This document shows, piece after piece, positions 35,198 through 46,549 of a stretch of 64,000 nt of DNA. The notes under the pieces are model-generated. The model had not been told where the DNA came from, did not search any database, and saw only the letters and a list, made by a program, of their open reading frames with translations. Source of the DNA: Scyliorhinus canicula (lineage: Eukaryota); the NCBI RefSeq assembly GCF_902713615.1, contig NC_052158.1:32033990-32097989 (forward strand), given 5' to 3'. A program made the translations under genes and the position numbers. Numbering within the stretch: position 1 is the stretch's first letter; the number at the start of each line of letters is the position of its first letter.

Positions 35198-36710
35198 TGT
35201 TCTAAGCTCTGGAGTCGCCAGGTGCCGTTAAGACACCGCCACAAGCTTCAAGGTGAAGTTCAAAGCAATAAAACCGTACACCAATTAGTAAGTCCAAACA
35301 ACTAGAGTTTATTATAATACAATTATAATAACTACCCATGCACACGCTAAAGGATTAAACTTACTCCTACCGCTAAACAACTAATACTTATCTCGAAGGA
35401 ACTGCTGGGTCAGGGAACAAGGCCTCTTGCTCTGCTCTGGTCTGCAGACTTCAGATTGTTATCAATTGAAAAGGGTGTCAGGAGTGCCTATTTCTGGTAG
35501 CGGTCGTCGTTAGGCACTTACTTGTTGGTGGCTGCTGCTCGACGGCTGGAGTAGGAGACAGGAGCCAGGAGACAGGAGACTGAACCATGTGTGGGACCTT
35601 TCTTTTATAGGTCCCAGGGGGTCCGCGCCCCTTTGGGCGGACTCCCTTACCTGCTTGGAATCGATTGGGTCTCTTCCCAATCGATACGTTTGAACCCCCC
35701 AATCATAGGGCAGTTCCTCGGTCACTGGGGCGGTTCTTGGGACCTATTGTTTTGGGCTTCTCTGGCGCCACAGGGTCTGGCCTTCCATAGAATGTATCGA
35801 TTTGTGCATAACTTGTGTCCATTGTATCTGGGACTCGCCCGGTATTGCCTCATTAGTATGTTAACTGGTTTCTTTTCACAGTGCTGTCTGGTGTCTGCAA
35901 TAGTCAAAACTGGTTTCTGCAGTCGTCCCAATATACAATCGCCTTGCAAGCTGCTTGCTTTCCAACATGTCCATTTTCCCTGCATTCCTTGCAATCTTCC
36001 ATTTTGTGTTGGGCAGTGGCCACCCCAGGTGGCTACAGATGGCCACCTGCAAAGGACCATGGGAATTGCAGCCAACCCAGGACAGACAGATACAGAGCTT
36101 TTGTGTATTTGAAACGCAGGTAGCTAGACCTGATCGAAACCCCCTCTCGTTTGCATTATAATGGCCCATTTCCCCAGAACAATAGGACTGCACTCAAGAA
36201 ACCGACACAGACTGATCGGCGCCAGTCCCTTAACTCAGAGAGCCCAACCGCCAAGGTCAATGACTGCTAAGGACCAGCCCAGCCACAAGGCACCTGCCCC
36301 TTTATTGGCCAAAATTGAAGGCAGTGACCGAAGCCTGTCAAATTATTGGGTCCAAGATTAAGGACCGCACTAAAGAGCGCAAAATCCCAGAGGGATAAAA
36401 CGGGACACAGCCATGTGTTCAGTTCATTTTGTACCCGGCCTGATCAAGATAAAGGGCTTATCCATCTGCACAGAGCCGGTCGCCCTGAAGTTAATGACAG
36501 GTTATTGTAGTTGATAGGTGTAGTATAACTTGTAGTATATTGTGCTTACATGTCGAAGTAACCCATGTGTGGAAATAAACCATCTTTGAACTTGAACTGA
36601 CTGACTGGTTGTGTGGTTATTTGACTGATACGCGGGAAAGCCTTGTGGTTCAGTAAGAGAAACAGAAACACCCACAATATTGGCGATGCTGTTGGGACAT
36701 AACATCATGT
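35198..36710. mobile_element. LTR-like sequence, probably two LTRs in opposite orientation
   Basis: The left part reads as a minus-strand U5 (AATAAA ... tggcgactcc...aca); the right part has AATAAA at ~36574 and ends tggcga...taaca. No TSD found. Confidence 0.45.
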
Positions 36711-36789
36711 CATAAAAAGAGCCTCAGTATCATATTGGCGACTCTAAAGAGCAACATTATTGGTGACGCTGGTGGAATAGTATTCCATT

Positions 36790-37470
36790 AAGTTGGCAAC
36801 ATTACAGGGAACAGATCAGTCGAAGGGAGAGTCATTGAGGAGTCTAGTAGCTGTGGGGAAGAAGCTGTTCCTATGTCTGGATGTGCGGGTCTTCAGACTT
36901 CTGTATTTTCTGCCTGATGGAACGGTCTGGAAGAGAGCAAAGCATGGGTATGAGAGATCTCAGACAATGCTGTCTGCGTTCCTGAGGCCGTCGGAGGTGT
37001 ATACCAAATAAATGGGAGGATGGCAAGCTTGTGTGATGCGTTGGGCTGAGTTCACCACACTCTGCAGTTTCTTGCGGTCTTGGGCCGAGCAGTTGCCATA
37101 CCAGGCTATAATGTAACCGGATAGGATGTTCTCGATGGCACATCTGTAGATGTTTGTGAGAGTCGATGCAGACATGCTGAATTTCTTTATCTTCCATAAG
37201 AAGTAGAGACGTTGTGGGGCTTTCTTGACTGTTTCATCAACGTGAATGGACCAGGACAGACTGTTGGTGATGGGGACCCCCAGGAACCTAGAGCTATCGA
37301 CCATCTCTGCTTCGGAGCCATTGATGTGGATGGGGGTGTGTGTCATGCTGCGCTTCCTGAAGTCGATGATCAGTTCCTTGGTCTTTCCAGCATTTAGAGA
37401 GAGGTTGTTTTCGGTACACCATGCAACCAAGTGCTCTATCCCTCTTCTTTAGTCTGATTCGTCGTTGTTT
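36790..37470 (-). mobile_element. Rex1/Babar LINE 3' fragment
   Basis: WCTENNLSLNAGKTKELIIDFRK...QRLYFLWKIKKF..YRCAIENIL. Confidence 0.88.
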
Positions 37471-39064
37471 GAGATGTGGCTAATACTAGTGAATTCTTGA
37501 CTTGATCTTATCTCATCTCTATCCAAACCATTTTCACATCCTGGTTTCCCGCGATTAGATCACCCCTCTCTATTGTGCCAACAGCATCATTAACCAGCAG
37601 TCACCCCTTCACCTTTTCCTCACTTCCTGTCCTTCCTTAATGCCCTCTCCCCTTTAATATTCAGGTCCCAATCCATGTCCATGTCTCTCCAATCGCTGAC
37701 AAATCGTACTTGTTTATTTCTATTTGCGCTTTCAACTGCCTTGTTTTGAAAGCTTTGTGATTCAGTTACAGATCATAATAACTCAGAAGAAAATTGTCAT
37801 AACGAAGTGAATTTATTTACATATATACATGTTATACTTTACATAGCATCTCACTCCCAGTGCAGATCCTGTTGGGAGGCTAGGGATGGGGTTACTGGGT
37901 TATGGGGATAGGCTGCTGTGGGCTTGAATGGGTGCCCTTTCCAATGAAAAATGAAAATCGCTTATTGTCACGAGTAGGCTTCAATGAAGTTACTGTGAAA
38001 AGCCCCTAGTCGCCACATTCCGGCGCCTGTCCGGGGAGGCTGGTACGGTGCAGACTCCATGGGCTGAATGGCCTCCTTCTGCACTGCAAATTCTATGGTT
38101 CTATATCAGGCCCCACGTTGGGCCTGCTCTTGTCCCCTACCTTAACCATCCCCAGGTGGTTGGCTTCCGCCCCCCTCTACCAAGGGAGCACATGCTGCAT
38201 GGGTCCCGCAGGTAGATCAGCTATTACAGACCTCAGGGGGGTTATAATGCAGAACCTTTAGCTTTATCTTTTTATTCTTTTTAAAACCTCTATTCTCGTC
38301 TATTGATTTATTATATGTGTACTCTCTATCCCCTCCTGTCTTAGTCTGTTTTACACTTCCCCTGATAATACATTCCTGTTTTGCCTTGCCTCCAGTCAGT
38401 GTGATTAATCGTATCTTCTCAAATCTGTTCCCTTGCCTCCACTACTCAAAGCCTCTCTACTTCCCTCGTTACGTGACTTGCAAGAACACTGGTCCCAGCA
38501 CGGTTCAGGTGTAGACCGTCCCGCCGGTGTCGGTGTCCACGAGCCGGAACGCACGCCACCCACACCGGTCTTTCAGCTCCTCAGGGTCCCTCGGAATATG
38601 AAAAGGACTGGGAATGGGGCGAATTCTGGCGATGACAGGCAAATTCTTTCCATGATAATTCACGGGGCAACTGGGCGAATGGGTTCTGAGCTCAGGAAGG
38701 CGGGAGGAGCAAGGAGATTTGATTGCTCTGTCATACAGTCTCCCATGTTCAAAGCCATCATGTTGAACTCTGACCCTGAATGCTATCTCCTGACCCTCGG
38801 CACCGTGAGACTGCAGTGCTAACCATTGCACCACCGTGCTGCCCTGTCACTCCTCAGGAATGCCACTCCTCAGAGCATCACCCCTCAAGATGCCTCAGTG
38901 TCACAACTCAGGGTGTTTCAAAATACTTCTCCTCAGAGGGTCTCTTCTCAGGTGTTATCCCACCTCAGGATCGAGCTCCTCCAAGCCACTCGTCTATGTG
39001 TCACCCCTCCACATATTGAAACTCAGAGTGACGCATCTCAGGGAAAATCAGACTGTCACGCCTT

Positions 39065-39288
39065 TTTTTTAAATTTTAGAGTACCCAATTCATTTTTCCA
39101 ATTAAGGGGCAATTTAGCATGGCCGATCCACCTATCCTGCACATCTTTTAGGTTGTGGGGGCGAAGCCCACGCAAACACGAGGAGAATGTGCAAACTCCA
39201 CACGGTCAGTGACCCAAAGCCGGGATTGAACCTAGGACCTCGACGCCGTGACGCAACAGGGCTAATCCACTGCCCCACCATGCTGCCC
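39065..39288 (-). mobile_element. Short-form SINE with 15-bp TSD
   Basis: agactgtcacgcctt at 39050-39064 and 39290-39304. Confidence 0.9.
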
Positions 39289-39402
39289 GAGACTGTCACG
39301 CCTTGAAGCATCAGTTTAGGGTGATTCAGATTTCACTCAGGGTCATTAAAGTGCTGTTCTTTTGGGGTCCCTCAGAGTGTCACACTTCAAGATCTCTTAT
39401 AC

Positions 39403-40495
39403 CAGGGGTGGGCAAACTACGGCCCGCCAAAGGTCTTTATGCGGCCCATCAAGATCAAGTCATTAAAAAAAAATTTTTTTTAAATAAATTAATTTTAAAA
39501 AATAAGGTTTATGGGGGGGGTGGCTGTTGGGTTACTGGTATAGGGTGGATACGTTGACTTGAGTAGGGTGATCATTGCTCGGCACAACATCGAGGGCCGA
39601 AGGGCCTGTTCTGTGCTGTACTGTTCTATGTTCTATTTTCTATATGAGGCGCCCAGAATCATAACCGGGTGAAGTGCCATTTTTGAAAAGTAGAGAAAAA
39701 GAGGGCTAAAGGCAGGATGCCGCCGGGGGAAGCGCTGAGGTATATGCCGCACGCTAATGTGTTTCATGTAAAGTTTCTACTTTAAAATATTAATTAATAA
39801 AAATTAGTTGCCTTTTTTTTCTTTAAGAACCTTTTATTTTGGCTATTTTAAATATTAATTATTTTGCTTAATATAGAGTGCTAAAAGTAAACTCTTCTTG
39901 CAACCCACAACTGGTCACAATCCACCAGTTGTGTTACTAAAAAGAAGGGACAAGTGTTTTACTACTAAGTTACTTGGGTGCTTAAAATAAGTATTGGTAT
40001 GGTTTGTTGGGAGCTTAACCTCACTCAGCAGCAAAAATAGTTCAAGTTAAATATTTAATAAGACTTGGGGGCCTCACGGTAGCATGGGGGGCCTCACGGT
40101 AGCATGGTGGTTAGCATCAATGCTTCACAGCTCCAGGGTCCCAGGTTCGATTCCCGGCTGGGTCACTGTCTGTGTGGAGTCTGCACGTCCTCCCCGTGTG
40201 TGCGTGGGTTTCCTCCGGGTGCTCCGGTTTCCTCCCACAGTCCAAAGATGTGCGGGTTAGGTGGATTGGCCATGCTAAATTGCCCGTAGTGTAAGGTTAA
40301 TGGGGGGATTGTTGGGTTACGGGTATACGGGTTACGTGGGTTTAAGTAGGGTGATCATTGCTCGGCACAACATCGAGGGCCGAAGGGCCTGTTCTGTGCT
40401 GTACTGTTCTATGTTCTATGTTCTATACTATGCGGCCCTTTAAAATTGCAAATTTCTGAATGTGGCCCTTGCACGGAAAAGTTTGCCCACCCCTG
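39403..40495. mobile_element. hAT (Charlie/Buster-type) non-autonomous element with nested SINEs
   Basis: TIR caggggtgggcaaac / gtttgcccacccctg; TSD tctta(t/g)ac (7/8). Confidence 0.92.
40068..40425 (+). mobile_element. Very young long-form SINE with a duplicated 5' end
   Basis: gggggcctcacggtagcat appears twice in tandem; near-identical to 19447-19778. Confidence 0.92.
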
Positions 40496-40827
40496 TCTTA
40501 GACCGTCACATCTCAGAGTCCCTCAGAGTATCTTTCTAGAGTGCGTTTCTACTTCACCTCAGGATGTTAATTGTCAGGTGTAGCTTCAGTTGGTGTCATC
40601 TCAGTTACCCTTCCATTAGAGCATCTCAGCACATCACTCCTCAGGATATCACAACTTGGGGTTCTGTGTCTCAGGGTATCGCCCTTCTGACTACGACATT
40701 CAGGGTGTCACTCCTTAAGTGTCTTTTTTTACGGATGTGGGTATCGCTGGCTGGCCCAGCATTTATTGCCTATTCCTGAAGGTCCGGAGACCCATTGCAG
40801 TGCGTCTGGACATGTCGGCCAGACCAG

Positions 40828-41527
40828 GGGCGAAATTCTCCGACCTCCAGCAGGATCGGAGAATCGCCTGGGGCCGCCGAAAATCCGGCCTCCGCCGTGG
40901 CAGAGATTCTCCGCCACCCGGGAAGTGGCGGTGGCGGGAATCACGCCACTCCGATCGGCGAGGCCCCTGCGGCGATTCTCCGGCCCGCGATGGGCCGAAG
41001 TCCCGCCGCTGGGAGGCCTCTCCCGCCACCGAGGTTTGAACCACCTCTGGAAACGGCGGGATCAGCGGCATGACCGGGCCCCCGGGGTCCTAGGGGGGGA
41101 CGGGGGGCGATCGGACCCCGGGGGGTGCCCCCACGGTGGCCTGGCCCGCGATCGGGACCCCCCGCTCAGACTCCGGGCCAGTGCCCTGAGTGCACTCTTT
41201 CTCTTCCGCGGCCGCCACGGCCTCCGCCATGGCGGAAGTGGAAGAGAAACCCACATTACGCATGCGCCGGTGGTGACACCAGCGGCAGCTGGCCGCTGAC
41301 ATCACTGCCGGCGCATGTGCCGACCGGCGAAAGCCTTTCGGCCAGCCCCGCTGCCGGGGGCGCCGGTTTTTTGCGCCAGTCTTCTGGTGCCAACCGCTCC
41401 GGCACGGGGCTAGCCCCCAAAGGTGCAGAGAATTCCCCACCTTTGGGGAGGTCCGACCCCGGAGTGGTTGGCGCCACTCCCCTACGCCGGGACCCCCCGT
41501 CACGCCGGGTAGGGGAGAATCCCGCCC
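40828..41527. mobile_element. Harbinger-type MITE (700 bp), TSD CAG
   Basis: gggcgaaattctcc...ggagaatcccgccc; CAG at 40825-40827 and 41528-41530. Confidence 0.9.
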
Positions 41528-42749
41528 CAGGTAAGGATGGCAGACTTCCTTCCCCAAACCAGATAGTTTCATGGTCATCATTATACTTTTAATATATTGA
41601 ATTCAAATGTCACCATTTGCCATGATGGGATTTGAGTCTGGGTCCCCAGAGCATTAGCCTGTGTCCCTGGATTATTAGTCCAGTGACAACACCTCTATGT
41701 CACTGCCTCCCCACTCCTTCGGTTCCTTCAGAAAATGGAAATGGCTATGAATGGGGTGATGAACAAGTTAATTCAGAGAGGAACGGCAAGGTCGCTGAGT
41801 GAGTGCGGAAATGTGCCTGAGAATCAATTTTTCCTCAGAGACTTTTGTTGTCCAGTAATGCAGTCTCCATGTTCTAACCTGCCCACATTGCACTCTGACC
41901 CCGAACATTATCTCCTCACTCTCCTTGGTTGTAAGTTTAGTCCCAATCTTTGTACCTGCTGTCCTGCCACTCCCTTACTGTGATGTCTGTTTGAAACTCC
42001 CTGAACTAACTCTTAAAAAGCTGATGATGAACTTTGCGTCTAAGCAGCCCAGCTCGTGCCCCAGGATCCCCCACAGTGCCTGGCTGCCTAGGTGCAGTCA
42101 CTTTTGTTTTAAAGACAAAGTTTCAGGTAGCTGAGTATCAGGGCCTGATTCCTGCTCGGTGGGGTCGTTACAATTTAGTTGTTGGTTCCTGACAATCCCC
42201 TGTCACAGTCCAGAGTCTGCGTGCATTGGCTGCAGGCCAGCTCCTTCCCGGAAGAGAATGTTCACACTCCTACCAGTAAGGCCATAGACCGATGTGTCTG
42301 TCACAGCTGGCATTTGTAATAAAGCACTCGGATGGAGCAGCTCCCGCACCATCGCAAGTGAGTCGCAACTGCACTCCACGAGGCCCAGATTGTGTGCTCA
42401 CTCTCATACCCTGGTGTGCTTCCCCTCACAGAGGTCTCTGAGCATCCCCTTGCAGAGTTTTCTCCTCTATCACACACCTGATTTGCCTTGTGGGTAGGCT
42501 TTGGGGAGTCAGGCTCATTTACTCACCACACTCCTACCAGTAGTGCCATAGACCGATGTGTCTGTCACAGCTGGCTTGTTGAGAATGGCGGTCAAGTAGA
42601 TTTTTCCCTCTGGTTGGCTCCCTTACCCCTGCCACCGAGCCAGTCCAGCAGCTATGCCTGCAGGATAAGGCTGGCACGGTTATGAGTGGTGATGGACATT
42701 GAAATCTCCAAGTGTGCATTTGACACGCTCCATCTTAAAAGTGGTATTT

Positions 42750-43350
42750 AGCATGTCGGAGGGCAGGTCAAAGGCTAGGAATCCTATGGCGAGTGACTCA
42801 CCTCCTGACCCCCAAAGCCTGTCCACAAGGCACAAGTCAAGAGTGTGATGGAATGCTCTCCACTTGCCTGGATGAGTGCAGCTCCAACAACGCTCAAGAA
42901 GCTCGACACCATCCAGGACAAAGCAGCCCCGCTTGATTGCTCCCCCTTCCACAAAAATTCACTCCCTCCACCACCAATGATCAGTGGCAGCCATGCGTAC
43001 CATCTACAAGATGCACTGCAGTAAATCACCAAGATTCCTTAGACAGCATCTTCCAAACCCAGGAGCACTACCATCTGGAAGGACAGGAGCAACATATTCC
43101 TGGGAACCCCACCACCTGGAGGTTCCCCTCCAAGTCACTCACCATACTGACTTGGAAATATATCACCGTTCCTTCACTGTCACTGGGGAAAACTCCTGGA
43201 ACTCCCTCCCTAACAGCACACCTACACCTGAAGGACTGCAGCGTTTCAAGAAGATAACTCACCACCACCTTCTAGAGGGCCTAGGGATGGGCAATAAATG
43301 TTGGCCTCACCAGCGGCGCCCACATCCCACAAATAATGTTTTTAAAAAGA
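42750..43350 (+). mobile_element. Non-CR1 LINE 3' fragment
   Basis: TLKKLDTIQDKAA..IHSLHH..AMRTIYKMHCS..PRFLRQHLPNP and gggcaataaatg tail. Confidence 0.8.
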
Positions 43351-43749
43351 TGATCCGTCAGCTGATATTGTTGGGAGTGGTGGTGGTAGTAATCGACTGG
43401 AGGTTTCCTGGTTTTCTGCTTGGCATGATGCCGGGAGACTTCATGGAGTTCAGAATAAATAAAGAGGATTCCCAGGGGAACTCCAGCTGACTGGATAGCA
43501 CTGTTCCACTATTTGCCAGTTGGACAGGGCATACCCAGCTTTGGTGGTGGTGATGCCCGGGACAGGGGCTGTGAGCGATAATGCTGTGCATATGATTTTC
43601 AGGCTGATGGTTAACTAATCTGCTGAACAACTTGTCAAACTTGAACATGTTCCCAGAGATTAGTGGCGTGGAACTTGCATGGTCATCTGACAACGGTGTG
43701 GATCAGGGGCTTGGAGGGTGCGTTCTTTAAGATGTTGGGTTGTTGAGTT

Positions 43750-44975
43750 GTGTTCATGCCCTGATGTGTCTCTCTCCGTGTGGGTGTTGGTGTTCTGGGG
43801 TTCATACCCTGATGTCTCTCTGTGTGGATATTGGTGTTTTGGGGTTCATACCCTGATGTCTCTCTGTGTGGATGTTGGGGTTCAGTCCCTGATGTCTCTC
43901 TGTGTGGGTGTTGGTGTTTTGGGGTTCAGTCCCTGATATCTCTCTGTGTGGGTGTTGGGGTTCAGTCCCTGATGTCTCTCTGTGTGGGTGTTGGTGTTTT
44001 GGGGTTCAGTCCCTGATATCTCTCTGTGTGGGTGTTGGGGTTCAGTCCCTGATGTCTCTCTGTGTGGGTGTTGGTGTTTTGGGGTTCAGTCCCTGATGTC
44101 TCTCTGTGTGGGTGTTGGTGTTTTGGGGTTCAGTCCCTGATATCTCTCTGTGTGGATGTTGGGGTTCAGTCCCTGATGTCTCTCTGTGTGGGTGTTGGGG
44201 TTCAGTCCCTGATGTCTCTCTGTGTGGATGTTGGGGTTCAGTCCCTGATATCTCTCTGTGTGGGTGTTGGTGTTTTGGGGTTCAGTCCCTGATATCTCTC
44301 TGTGTGGGTGTTGGGGTTCATACCCTGATGTCTCTCTGTGTGGATGTTGGGGTTCAGTCCCTGATGTCTCTCTGTGTGGATGTTGGGGTTCAGTCCCTGA
44401 TGCCTCTCTGTGTGGATGTTGGGGTTCATATCCTGATGTCTCTCTCTGTGTGGATGTTGGGGTTCATACCCTGATGTCTCTCTGTGTGGATGTTGGGGTT
44501 CATACCCTGATGTATCTCTCTGTGTGGGTGTTGGGGTTCATACCCTGATGTCTCTCTCTGTGTGGGTGTTGGGGTTCATACGCTGATGTCTCTCTGTGTG
44601 GATGTTGGGGTTCATACCCTGATGTCTCTCTGTGTGGATGTTGGGGTTCAGTCCCTGATGTCTCTCTGTGTGGATGTTGGGGTTCAGTCCTTGATGTCTC
44701 TCTGTGTGGGTGTTGAGGTTCAGTCCCTGATGTCTCTCTGTGTGGATATTGGTGTTTTGGGGTTCATACCCTGATGTCTCTCTGTGTGGGTGTTGAGGTT
44801 CAGTCCCTGATGTCTCTCTGTGTGGATGTTGGGGTTCAGTCCCTGATGTCTCTCTGTGTGGGTGTTGGTGTTTTGGGGTTCAGTCCCTGATATCTCTCTG
44901 TGTGGGTGTTGGGGTTCATACCCTGACGCCTCTCCAGGTGAGTGTTGGTGTTTTGGGGTTCAGATTCTGATGTTT
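43750..44975 (+). repeat. 36/44-bp minisatellite immediately upstream of the alpha1 acceptor
   Basis: ggggttca(g/t)(t/a)ccctgat(g/a)tctctctgtgtgg(g/a)tgtt, with or without ggtgtttt; about 30 units. Confidence 0.95.
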
Positions 44976-44990
44976 CTCACTACGTTTCAG

Positions 44991-45251
44991 ACTCTCACTC
45001 TCTCCGGTATTTCCTCACGGGTATGACCCCGATCCCCGGTTTCCTGGAGTTTGTGGCTGTTGGTTATGTGGATGATGTCCAGTATGTTATGTACGAAAGC
45101 GACCGGAAGGAACTAATCCCCAGGGAACAATAGATGCTGGAGAGTGAGGGGCTTGAGAATTGGAAGCGGAAGACAATCCTTGTCCAGGAGCAGGAGCGGC
45201 ATTTCAAAGCCCATATTCCAATGCTCATGTACCGCACCAACCAGTCAGGAG
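44991..45251 (+). pseudogene. MHC class I alpha1 exon (261 nt) with premature stop
   Basis: tttcag|AC TCT CAC...GGA G|gtgagt. SHSLRYF, FVAVGYVDD and R-T-NQS motifs are present; PREQ*M has TAG where the conserved Trp (TGG) is expected. Confidence 0.95.
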
Positions 45252-45422
45252 GTGAGTCGTCACCATCCCATAACTTGATATTTTTCTGTCTTCAAAGGGT
45301 TCAAGGGGAGGAACCGGGACCAGAGTGGGATCTGGGGACCAGAGGCTGCGGTTTTCTGCTTGTTGCATGGTATCATCCATTGGGACTGGCACTGACTGCG
45401 AGTTTGTGTTTCTGATTGTCAG

Positions 45423-45695
45423 GGATCCACACGTACCAGCTGATGTATGGCTGTGACCTTAGGGATGATGGGACCACGAGTGGATTCAACCAATATGGAT
45501 GGGACGGACGAGATTTCCTCAGTCTTGACATGGATAACATGGTGTGGGTGACCCCGTTCCTCTGGGGAGAGGTCACCCGAATCAGCTGGGACCAGGATAC
45601 TTTCAACAGCCAGCGATGGAAGCACTACCTGGAGGGGGAGTGTATCGAGTGGTTGAGGAAATACCTGGAATATGGACAGAGGGAACTGAGAGTCG
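45423..45695 (+). CDS. MHC class I alpha2 exon (273 nt, open)
   Basis: tgtcag|GG ATC CAC...GTC G|gtgagt. HTYQLMYGC, GWDGRDF and YLEGECIEWLRKY motifs; both disulfide cysteines present. Confidence 0.95.
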
Positions 45696-46225
45696 GTGAG
45701 TGAGAGGCAGGAGGGAGTAGAGTTAGTGAGTGAGGGGGGGACTGAGAGTCGGTGAATGAGGGGGGACTGAGAGTCGGTGAGAGAGTGGGGGACTGAGAGT
45801 CGGTGAGTGAGGGAGGGACTGAGAGTCGGTGAGTGAGGGGGGGGACTGAGAGTCGGTGAGTGGGGGGGGGACTGAGAGTCGGTGAGTGAGGGAGGGACAG
45901 AGTCGGTGAGTGAGGGAGGGACTGAGAGTCGGTGAGTGAGGGGGGACTGAGAGTCGGTGAGTGAGGGAGGGACTGAGAGTCGGTGAGTGAGGGGGGGACT
46001 GAGAGTCGGTGAGAGAGTGGGGGGACTGAAAGTCGGTGAGTGAGGGGGGGACGGAGAGTCGGTGAGTGAGGGGGGGACTGAGAGTTGGTGAGTGAGGGAG
46101 GGACTGAGAGTCGGTGAGTGAGGGGGGGACTGAGAGCCGGTGAGTGAGGGGGGGACTGAGAGTCGGTCAGTGAGGGGGGGGGACTGAGAGTCGGTGAGTG
46201 AGGGGGGGACTGTGAGTCGGTGAAG
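45684..46225 (+). repeat. ~26-bp minisatellite made of the alpha2 exon end + splice donor
   Basis: (gactgagagtcg|gtgagtgagg(g)n) x about 20. Confidence 0.95.
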
Positions 46226-46285
46226 GGGGTGATGTCTGGGATACTCTATCTTGCGTTTCCTGTCCTGGTTCCTCTTTCTTCTCAG

Positions 46286-46549
46286 TTGCCCCCATCGTGT
46301 CCTTTACCCGTCTGGGTGATTCTAACCGGCTGTCCTGTGTCATCACCGGGTTTTACCCTCAAGCCATCGAGGTGAATCTGTGCAGAGACGGAGTGGTGAT
46401 TGATGAGACCCTGTCCAGTGGAATCTTACCCAATCACGACAGTACCTACCAGATCCGGAAATGGGTGGAGTTTGATCCGGAGGACCAGGCTGAGTATTCC
46501 TGTCGGGTGGAACACAGCGGAATGAATGAGACACTGGCGATGATTTATG
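46286..46549 (+). CDS. MHC class I alpha3 (Ig C1) exon (264 nt, open)
   Basis: ttctcag|TT GCC CCC...TAT G|gtaaga. LSCVITGFYP, ILPNHDSTYQ and YSCRVEHSG motifs; the C-strand Trp appears replaced by Cys (NLCRDG). Confidence 0.95.

Noticed and set aside
40719-41592. Multiple overlapping 100-180 aa ORFs, also at 13.3-13.8, 25.3-26.0 and 51.6-53.3 kb
   Set aside because: They fall within GC-rich Harbinger MITEs bounded by TIRs and TSDs; stop scarcity reflects base composition.
43718-44774. Hydrophobic Cys/Gly ORFs (DVSLCGCWGSVP repeats)
   Set aside because: Translation of the 36/44-bp intronic minisatellite.
45131-45133. Recoding (readthrough, selenocysteine or pyrrolysine) of the alpha1 TAG
   Set aside because: Sec uses TGA and pyrrolysine is not used in vertebrates; TAG is a single TGG-to-TAG change at a conserved Trp, best explained as nonsense.
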